Assembly (NCBI RefSeq): GCF_006345805.1
Contig: NC_042999.1
Coordinates: 47,988,001 to 48,052,000 of the forward strand
Origin: Octopus sinensis
Lineage: Eukaryota
Direction: 5' to 3'
DNA length: 64,000 nt
Each line of letters begins with the position of its first letter. Position 1 is the stretch's first letter. Both the position numbers and the translations under genes were made by a program. A model generated the notes under the pieces. The model searched no databases. It saw nothing but the letters and a program-made list of their open reading frames with translations, and was not told the origin of the DNA. Positions 53,872 through 64,000 of this stretch are shown here, piece after piece.

Positions 53872-56370
53872 TTGCTTGATTTAACATTAAACGATCGTTT
53901 TGAGAAATATATGAATGCCAGGGTGTACAAGAAACATCACGAGTTTTAAAGTCATAATGACCCCAAGATTAATAAATATTGCCACATAAGGAATATATAT
54001 TGCTACATATTATTCCTTAATATATAGAGAAATGCCATGATATGCAGAAGCATCATTTTCCTTCTTTTTGTCTTCAATTATAACTAAATTGCAGCTACAA
54101 TTAACTTTCCGTTTGAAACAGATTCTTTTTATGGACTTCGCTCAAACGAATTTACCAAAACTAAACTTGGTGGTGTAATGCAGGACTCGATAATATGTAT
54201 CAAAGTCTTATTATTATAGTTATAAGATAGTTTATGTTCTCAGCTGGATAGTAAATGAACAAGCAATACTAATTAGAAAAAAATAACTGCATCCGTTCCG
54301 TGGATATCTTTCGACCAGATTCGTATTCCGTGACTTCTTAACTTATGTTATAATTTGCTATTTACAGCGGTAAATATTTAGAGATATAACGGTTTAATTG
54401 TATGCATACAAACAAATATACATATACACATACATACACTCGTACACAAGTCTTCATGTATGTATGTATGTATGTATGTATGTACATGTTCAATAGTCTG
54501 AGAATAATAAATAAAAAAAATTTTTCACTCCACGCATTGAATGGGTGAACTGAAAAGAGAAAACAAAATCATAAATCTAGGTACCTTGGTACTGGTGAAG
54601 AAATACAAAACAAACAAGCTATTACTTATACCCAAGGAACAGAAAATTGTTCTCGGTGGTACAGTGAAAGTACACAATAAAGAGCCTATCTAAAACAAAA
54701 ATAATTACAATACTTGAAAAAATTAAGATTTAGTGTAAAACTAAGGGAATCACTTTTATTTTCAAACCTAGCTAACATATTAATGCGTTTCACATTGGAA
54801 TATTGCAATCATTTGCATCAGTGGCCTTCAACGAATCATATTATAGCATATAAAATTTTCAAAACAGCCAGACATAATCAGATTAACGATATCTATTTGA
54901 ACTCAATTCAATTTCAACATCACAAGAAGGTGAAAACAATTTCGGCTATTTTTAAAATAAGACACTCAGACTAAAATATCGAAAAGTATTGATTTTGAAA
55001 GAAAATTTCTGCTGGAATATCACTACTAGATCAGAAAGATTGTTATGTGCAAATAAAAGAAGCAGACCTGGCGTAATATTTTACATGTGATGCGCACACC
55101 CAATGACAGATATAGAGACATATCTCCACTCACGCATGCACACACAATTAAATGGTACTACAGGCATAATTCTCATTCGAAAATTACGGGTTATCAATCT
55201 GTAACATGCTTTATCTAAATGTTTATCTACCCATATTGCTCCGACCAGACGCAATACAACCGAAGCACAATGGGGCATCTTGACAGTGACTATCAGAGTG
55301 TGAAAGCTGAGCAACTGCACTGTCTTGTTATTTTACTATTGTCCCCGAAACTATATTATCAGCAGATGCATACATAAATGTGATAATATCGTCAAATTTA
55401 TGCACAGGACAAAAAGGCAATGGGAGTGGACAGCAAAAGTTTTTGAAAATTCGTGGATGGTGCAATATATCAGAATACTTTAACCAATAAGGTACAGAAT
55501 TGTAACATGATCATTGAAATTACTGTCACATATGATTCCTTTTAGTGAAACAAGTCTAACCATCTCTTATGAGAAACAAGATTTTAAAGAGACCAAGTAT
55601 TTCAATTCCAAATGTGTCATGTTACTTGCCAAATGCTGGCGTATTATAAAATGTCTGCTGTGAGACATTTTTGCAGTTTCTGCCATGCTGCTGGGTGTAC
55701 TATAAGCTATTTTAGAGTGCACTTCGTATGATGCCTGGCAGTGGATTTGAACATCTTTATTTTGATGTTGAGATACATACTTCTTAACGATTCGATATTA
55801 GTTGTGTCAAAGATATGAGAGGTAACACTAGAATTCGCGGGTGCATTTACAACTGGCAATTTGTGACAAAATGTAAATGTTGACTCACCATCTATCATCA
55901 TATTTTTTAAAAACTTAGTAACTTTTTAGTAAAGTATACCTATGTGTATGCAACTAAAATTATGCCACAAACAATTAGTAAAATTTAAAATTTATTCATA
56001 TTAAATATAAAGACCAGGTTTACATAAATATATTCTATAGGTAAAAGAATTTATAAAATTTAATTGCCTAAATTATATAAGTAACCTTAATTTATTAAAA
56101 ACAATCCCTTGTCGAGTTTCCTATCAGTAGTTTCAAATGGATTCAGAATTCATTAATTTACACCTCGGCAATATATTTAGGAATCTATTCAACTTGTACA
56201 AATCTGTCAACCTATTTTGCAATCCAAAGGGAATGATAATTGAATTTGAGTAGGTAAAGTTAATTATATTTTCCGGTACAAAATATATTTTCTTCTGAAC
56301 AATTTGTCTACTATATATTCCTCACAGAAAACAGTTTTTGCATAATGAGATTTATTTTACACTGTTATAG

Positions 56371-56490
56371 ATAGATACATCGGTAACATTCACAAATATG
56401 TACAAATTGCTAAATGAAAGAGGAAGAAACGTTGTAGATATTGATGTGAGAGGTAACAGTGAATCAACGAATATTTCAATTGAAACACAA
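56371..56490 (+). CDS. candidate internal exon (IDTSVTFTNMYKLLNERGRNVVDIDVRGNSESTNISIETQ), phase 0-0
   Basis: Acceptor ttattttacactgttatag|, consensus donor CAA|GTGAGT, exactly 120 nt, only one frame open; product unrecognised. Confidence 0.35.
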
Positions 56491-56834
56491 GTGAGTGTCT
56501 ACGGTGGTCACATTATATTACTGTATATTTATCTATTGTCATTGAAAACAATTCACTGTCATATTTCTCATTGAATTATTATCACTATGCATTTTACTTC
56601 TAGCTCCTCGAAACAAAATGAGTTTCATTTGCAATTATGTAAAAATATATAATGTTTGGAAAATGATGACATAGAAAACAAAATATTACGCTGCCATATT
56701 CCTGAAGATAAGGCTTTAGTTATTTCATATTTAAATAAACAAAAGAAAATTACTTTGTGGATGTTAGAATACATAACGCTATCAAAATAAGAAAAGCACA
56801 TTAGTTTTTTGTGAAATAGTATACGAAATGTGGA

Positions 56835-57146
56835 AGCCTGCTCGTGAAATTAACGTGTAAGTGGCTGAGCACTTCACAGACACGTGCACCCTTAACGTAG
56901 TTCTCGGGGATATTCAGCGTGACACAGAGAGTGACAAGGCCGGCCCTTGAAATACAGGTACAACAGAAACAGGAAGTAAGGGTGAGAGAAAGTTGTGGTG
57001 AAAGAGTACAGCAGGGATCACCACCATCCCCTGCCGGAGCCTCGTGGGGCTTTAGGTGTTTTCGCTCAATAAACACTCGCAACGCCCGGTCTGGGAATCG
57101 AAACCGCGGGTCCGCTGCCCTACCCACTGGGCCATTGCGCCTCCAC
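56835..57146 (-). mobile_element. tRNA-head SINE (family C), tail variant i
   Basis: Collinear with 19551-19850. Confidence 0.88.
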
Positions 57147-57998
57147 ATACGAAATGTGCTGCCTGGATGATGAGTTTGTCTACATGTTATGTCCTGCACT
57201 TTTACTTTCTTCTCAGTACTGCTTCATTCTGTTTCACATGATATGGCTCCCCTGTCAAAGGATAAGAGAAATACATATTCATTCTCTTACTTTGGTTTGT
57301 CTATTTGAATATTTGTCTATGTTACATTTCCTTCAAGTAAATTTTGCTGAACACCAGGCAGATTGTTGTGTTCAAAGATTTCTTCGAATTTATATATATA
57401 TATATTATGCCGATGAAATGAGTGAACATATATATTATTACTTATGTACCATCTTATAATATTGGTAATTCTACTTGTGATCATTGCCTCGAAGAATTAT
57501 ATTTTATAATTACTTCTGAATTGATTTTATGGAATTTAAATGGGCAGGTAGATTTAAGATGTTGCCATAGATTGAGAAAGACATTCAAATATTTGAATTA
57601 TCGATTATAATATATCTTTAATTAATTATTATATAATAAGGTAATTCTCTATTCAAGCGTTTAATATATTGTGTAAGTAATTAATTATATCGATGTATAG
57701 TATCTAATCTTTGATTAAGGATAGCATAGAATTATTATCATAGAATTATTTACTCAATGACGTCGCTCTTGGTTAGATGAATGAATATCTAAAGTTAAAT
57801 TTGGTTTGGTGTTTCTTTCAGTTACGTTTATGAACACTTAATTTTTTTTCAGATATTCAGGTAGAATTTTACCAATTTGGATTACCGTGATAATATTCTG
57901 TTAACATAAATATCCATACATATTATGAATTCTAATAATATTATGTGTATATGTATATATCTATATATCTATAACTGAATGTATAGTTGGTCATGCAA

Positions 57999-59029
57999 CT
58001 ATGGGGTAGGACTGCCTTTGGCAGAAATTATAGCTTGAATTCTACGCGGTATAGACTCGTAGAAATTTTGAATTGTTTCCAAAGGTATTTTTGTCCATTC
58101 TTCAGCTAAAACAGTCTCCAGTTCCTGTAGTGATGATGGTGGAGGATATCGACTCGTTATTTGGTTTTCTGAAATGCACCATAAATGTTTAATAATATTG
58201 AGATCCGGGAACTGTGGTGGCCAGATAAGATGTTCAACTTCACTAGACTGTTACTCGTGCCATTCAGTAACATATTTAGCTGTGTGAATTGGTGCATTAT
58301 AACCCTGAAAATTGCGTTTCCCTCCGGAAACGGTTTCGCAACCATAGGTTGAATTTGATTAAATAAACTGTTTAAATATAATCTTGACTATTAATTCTGC
58401 AATGAAGAGAAACCATTAGGCTAGCATATTTCCAAGATATAGTCCTCCTGATATTCACAGATCCTCCTCAATGCTTAACTGATGGAAAAAGGCAGTCTGG
58501 GTCAAATGCTTCTGTTGACTGTCTCCACACGTATAGTCGGCCGGTGGTTGGTAATAATGTAATGGATGAGTCGTCCAAGAAAGTAACATTCTCCCATTGC
58601 TCAACGGACTAATTCTGTAGGTTTTTACTCTACTCTAAACGCTTTGCAACGTTTGTTTCTGAAAGTTCTGGTTTTCCGAATACAGCTCCCCCGTGAAATC
58701 CGGCTTTGTGCATCTCCCGGCAAACAGATTTTGTGGAAACAGTGTCCTCGAGGTGGTCATTAAGCTCTGCAGTAATTTTGGGAGCTGTACTTTTGTGATT
58801 CTGTCTAAAATTTCGCGTAAAATTCCAACGTTCTCTATCTGAAAGTTTTGGTTGTCTTCCGGGGATTTGTTTCGCTGAGGAGGTTTTTTCCCTCTTTCTC
58901 AAAGGCTGTCATTACTTTCTAGACAGTACTTCTTGATACACTAAACACTTCGGTTGTTTTCTTTACGCTAGCGCCAGCCATACGAGCACTAGTAATTTTA
59001 CCTCTTTGAAAGTTCGATAGATCTGTCAT
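57999..59029 (-). pseudogene. full-length but disrupted Tc1 transposase
   Basis: MTDLSNFQRGKITSARMAGASVKKTTEVFSVSRSTV*KVMTAFEKEGKTSSAKQIPGRQPKLSDRE..., EQWENVTFLDDSSITL, VKH*GGSV, NAPIHTAK, IWPPQFPDLNIIKHLW and ESIPRRIQAIISAKGSPTP*. Several stops and frameshifts. Confidence 0.92.
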
Positions 59030-59262
59030 TTTAATGATATATAATTACCTTTTCTGACGATATCTGAAAAGAAACGGCAATTTTAGCCAAGCATATTAAG
59101 CAATGGTAATAATAAATAATAAAAAACATAAAAATAAACGAGCTTTTGACGGTTTTACAGATATTTCGAAATTATGATGGTATGATGCGAGATATTTCCA
59201 TTATTTTATCTAACACGTGTATATAGACAGATATATAGATATATACATAATACATATATGTG

Positions 59263-59309
<47 letters not shown>

Positions 59310-59367
59310 ATTGATAGATAGATATATCCAGATATATGTATATATACAGAGTATATGGCTGTATGAA

Positions 59368-59402
<35 letters not shown>

Positions 59403-60787
59403 ACATACAATACACACGTAACATATAGCTGTCATAATTATGGATGCAACGTTAGTAAGTTAGTAACAAACCGAACTTATTCTGAGGCGGCAACATAAAT
59501 CTTTTCAACGCTTCTATCTTTCCAAATATGTGATATATATGTCAGTAATGTAGTACAATGATTGTTTTACATAATAATTATATGAGGAAATTTCGCACTC
59601 TGTAAACTAATACCAAATCATCGTTTCGTGGCAATGGCTATTTGATACCTAAAGTAAAACGATATCAGAACTGAAGTTAGAATAACATGCTTTATTGAAA
59701 ATTTATAGATATTTCGATCACTATTAAAATTAATTAATGATATTATTTTACCTATGCATATGACAAATTTAGAAATTTAAAATAGTTCCATATCACCGAA
59801 GATTAATGAATCGAGAGTACTAAATCGATTGCAAAACAATGGAGACATAATGTAATCAGTTAAGTCAGCATTTCCAGTGGCGTAATTAAAGAGAAATCAT
59901 ATAATGAAATCTATTTAAATTGCGTAATTAATTTATAATTATACGAAGTAATTACAGTAACTAAACATTGCTCTTAACACAAGTCAAGGACAGTGCGAGA
60001 GTTTAAAAGTTGCTACAAAGAAATTTGCACACACACACAGATACATAGAACTACAAACACACAGACACATAGAAGTACACACGCACATACACATACACAG
60101 ACACATAGAAGTACAAACTCACATACACACAAATACACACACACATACACGCACACTAACACACAAAACCGCACGCGCCCAAAAATACACACATACACAT
60201 ATATATATAATACAGTTAGGTGATACAAAAAAGAGACAAAAACATCCGGATAGACAATACAAAGTAAACAAAGATGGATTATTCGGAGATTTCTTTCTTC
60301 AGTCGAGTTCTAGATTATCTTCGCAATTTCGGCTGGTTATACTCGAGATCGCTCCAATCTGGCCAGACCCAAAGTAAAACTTAGCTAAGAGAATTAGATT
60401 CCTTGTAAGAAAGTAGTGAATGTATACGAAAACAAGGACGGAAAAAACAGAGGATGTTACACAAATATAAATAACAGGACATAACATCAGGCATATTTCG
60501 ACTAAGGACGAAGCTGGCGTGTGCGGAAATAACACCTTATGACAGGGATACACGATTTCACAGGCACAGGGAAGAATATAGATGTTGCACGAACGACGGC
60601 CGAACCAAGAAAGAAAGATCAGGCTTGTCCGAATACCGGTCACGTGGGGAGAGAAGAGAGGGAGGTAGAGAGATAGAAGAATTAATGACGGGGGAGAAAA
60701 AATGACAGGGACACAGTGAAGTGAAAAGAGGAGGGAATGTGATTTAGATAAATATATTACGTATAAGAGACCAAAGTGTACGTACGC

Positions 60788-60866
<79 letters not shown>

Positions 60867-60869
<3 letters not shown>

Positions 60870-61226
60870 ACAATTTAGGAGTGACCCTAACAGGTCATTC
60901 GTCCACCAGAAAGAGCAGCCATAACTCACACCGCCAAGTAGTAGTAATTCAGAAATTAGGTGAAAATTTAAAAACATTTACCCTAATTCATCTTTTAGAC
61001 GTTGCAACGTTTCTGTGTCATTAATGATTAAATTAGCTTAATTAAATTAAATTAAGCTAATTTAATCATTAATGACACAGAAACGTTGCAACGTCTAAAA
61101 GATGAATTAGGGTAAATGTTTTTAAATTTTCACCTAATTTCTGAATTACTACTACTTGGCGGTGTGAGTTATGGCTGCTCTTTCTGGTGGACGAATGACC
61201 TGTTAGGGTCACTCCTAAATTGTTAT
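60867..61226. repeat. perfect palindrome, 177-bp arms, 6-nt loop
   Basis: 60867-61043 is the exact reverse complement of 61050-61226 (checked base by base by eye). Confidence 0.97.
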
Positions 61227-61319
61227 ATTTATATATTTAGTCGATGACTATTTTCTCTTTTCCACCAGGCCGCTGGTAGCGATAAATTTCTATTGAATTT
61301 TTTTGCTACCCTAAATTGA

Positions 61320-61352
<33 letters not shown>

Positions 61353-61354
<2 letters not shown>

Positions 61355-61593
61355 AGCAATTAAGGGTTTAGCAACGAATTGCCTCACCACACACCGAATT
61401 TAGAAATAGCAGTCAAAGAGTTATAGCTATTCTTTCTACTAAAAGGGAGATCTCAGTAAAAACACAGCACTTGAAGTGCTGTGTTTTTACTGAGATCTCC
61501 CTTTTAGTAGAAAGAATAGCTATAACTCTTTGACTGCTATTTCTAAATTCGGTGTGTGGTGAGGCAATTCGTTGCTAAACCCTTAATTGCTTA
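61353..61593. repeat. perfect palindrome, 120-bp arms, 1-nt centre
   Basis: 61353-61472 is the exact reverse complement of 61474-61593; the centre G is at 61473. Confidence 0.97.
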
Positions 61594-61692
61594 GTATTAC
61601 TTAAATTTTCCTCGAATGAGGCTTTTACATGCCGAAATCTACTTGGTGTAATTAATAATTATTCCAAATTAATTAATTTCACCCTTTATTGT

Positions 61693-61782
<90 letters not shown>

Positions 61783-61930
61783 CATGGGCGATTCTGGTAT
61801 ATTTTCTTCTCTTGGGATTCATGGTCAAACGGGTAGGTGGAATTGCGCGAAAATTACACCGATGTGTAGAACGATCCGGTGGCTTTGCTGGGTTTGTATT
61901 TTTTCATAACTCCCATGGTTACCGAGATAA

Positions 61931-62812
61931 TCTACTATAATAATACTCTTGTGTTCATAAATGAGAAAGGAAGGGGTGATAGATGAATAAGGAAGGAAGC
62001 GGTGATGTCATATTTGGTAGTGGGATGAAGAAAATTGTACGCTGAAAAAGTAAATCAAACAGCGTTTCAACTCCGTATTTCGTATTTACTTACCAGCTTT
62101 TGTATTTAGTCACGGCCAGCTTTATGTTGCCTTAAGTCGAACAAGAAGGAAAGAAAACATAAAAATTATTTTGAAGTACACAAGCAGTCAAAGGATGTTA
62201 GTTACCAATAGATTTCTCACAAGTTTTGTAGTAAGAGATCTATTAAAATAAAAACTTGATTTTGTACATTATCTACTAAAATAATACTCTTGTATTTTCC
62301 TCCGTCACAGCATATGAATGAGAAAAGGAGTGATAGATGAATAAAGAAGTTAGGAGTGATGACAGTCTTCACAGTGGGATGATGGAAACTGTATGATGAT
62401 AAGGATAAATCAAGCAGCGTTTCAACTCTGTGTGAGTTTATGTGTGGGTATGTAAAAAGAAGGTGTGTGTGTGTTTGTGTGCATGCGTGTGTGCAACGGA
62501 AGTGGGATGGTAAACATTCAAAGCTGAAAAGAAAGTTCAAACAGCGTTTCAACTCTGTGCATCTGGTATTTATTTGCCAGCTTCGGTATTTCGTCACGAC
62601 CAGCTTTATGTGGTTTCAGGCAGTTAAAAAGGAAGGAAAACTTGAAAATTCTTTTGGAGGAACAAAGTAATCAAAGGATGTGAGTTACAGATAGATTTTT
62701 CACAATAGATTTAGTAATAAAAGAATTATTAAACTAAAATCTTGCCTTTGTACCTTATTTATATAAAATACTACAATTAACCGTCATTTTTGATGGCACT
62801 GGACCCAGCTAG
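61931..62812 (+). mobile_element. composite non-autonomous Helitron-like element (subunits A 61931-62271 and B 62272-62812)
   Basis: Both subunits start A|TCtact.taataatactcttg. B ends with the hairpin CCGTC-ATTTTT-GATGG (62781-62796), 12 nt of spacer, then CTAG|T. Confidence 0.8.
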
Positions 62813-62890
<78 letters not shown>

Positions 62891-63044
62891 ATATGACATG
62901 GGCGATTCTGGTATATTTTCTTCTCTTGGGATTCATGGTCAAACGGGTAGGTGGAATTGCGCGAAAATTACACCGATGTGTAGAACGATCCGGTGGCTTT
63001 GCTGGGTTTGTATTTTTTCATAACTCCCATGGTTACCGAGATAA

Positions 63045-63926
63045 TCTACTATAATAATACTCTTGTGTTCATAAATGAGAAAGGAAGGGGTGATAGATGA
63101 ATAAGGAAGGAAGCGGTGATGTCATATTTGGTAGTGGGATGAAGAAAATTGTACGCTGAAAAAGTAAATCAAACAGCGTTTCAACTCCGTATTTCGTATT
63201 TACTTACCAGCTTTTGTATTTAGTCACGGCCAGCTTTATGTTGCCTTAAGTCGAACAAGAAGGAAAGAAAACATAAAAATTATTTTGAAGTACACAAGCA
63301 GTCAAAGGATGTTAGTTACCAATAGATTTCTCACAAGTTTTGTAGTAAGAGATCTATTAAAATAAAAACTTGATTTTGTACATTATCTACTAAAATAATA
63401 CTCTTGTATTTTCCTCCGTCACAGCATATGAATGAGAAAAGGAGTGATAGATGAATAAAGAAGTTAGGAGTGATGACAGTCTTCACAGTGGGATGATGGA
63501 AACTGTATGATGATAAGGATAAATCAAGCAGCGTTTCAACTCTGTGTGAGTTTATGTGTGGGTATGTAAAAAGAAGGTGTGTGTGTGTTTGTGTGCATGC
63601 GTGTGTGCAACGGAAGTGGGATGGTAAACATTCAAAGCTGAAAAGAAAGTTCAAACAGCGTTTCAACTCTGTGCATCTGGTATTTATTTGCCAGCTTCGG
63701 TATTTCGTCACGACCAGCTTTATGTGGTTTCAGGCAGTTAAAAAGGAAGGAAAACTTGAAAATTCTTTTGGAGGAACAAAGTAATCAAAGGATGTGAGTT
63801 ACAGATAGATTTTTCACAATAGATTTAGTAATAAAAGAATTATTAAACTAAAATCTTGCCTTTGTACCTTATTTATATAAAATACTACAATTAACCGTCA
63901 TTTTTGATGGCACTGGACCCAGCTAG
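63045..63926 (+). mobile_element. second copy of the composite Helitron-like element
   Basis: Identical by eye to 61931-62812 at offset 1114. Confidence 0.8.
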
Positions 63927-63953
63927 TATATGTATATATATATATATATATAT

Positions 63954-64000
<47 letters not shown>

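Larger units (their letters stand above)
61781..63934 (+). repeat. 1114-bp tandem duplication bounded by (TA)n tracts
   Basis: 61781-62820 recurs at 62895-63934 with a constant offset of 1114; the paired ORFs at 62217/63331 and 62440/63554 translate identically. Confidence 0.97.

Noticed and set aside
60299-60643. 114-aa minus-strand ORF in a CpG-containing segment
   Set aside because: Hydrophobic composition follows from a purine-rich plus strand; no motif or splice support. A promoter or UTR role could not be shown.
61611-61641. ctcgaatga-GGC-ttttacat-GCC-GAAA hammerhead-like fragment after the second palindrome
   Set aside because: Stem II and GAAA fit, but the core has two mismatches and stems I and III do not pair; at most a decayed relic.

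Overview
AT-rich, microsatellite-dense eukaryotic (animal) DNA. The SINE families and repeat landscape suggest an octopus/coleoid cephalopod genome; this is inferred from sequence resemblance, not from a search. Nearly all ORFs in the supplied track are microsatellite or antisense artefacts, and no host gene could be identified with confidence; a few plus-strand exon candidates exist, the best being a signal-peptide-like exon at 38291-38336. The supportable content is mobile DNA: three Tc1/mariner relics, two CR1/L2-like LINE relics, two Penelope-like elements (PLE; one with a 302-aa RT-thumb/GIY-YIG ORF), three SINE families (CORE-like, Meta-like, and a tRNA-head family with interchangeable tails), and non-autonomous Helitron-like elements. 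The most notable structures are: minimal type I hammerhead ribozyme folds in two PLE-type repeats, both with a CCGA core instead of CUGA; two adjacent perfect palindromes (177-bp and 120-bp arms) plus two imperfect foldbacks; a hierarchical Helitron tandem inside a 1114-bp duplication; a 3' tail shared between a LINE and a SINE; and a 53-bp minisatellite rich in NF-kB-like decamers.
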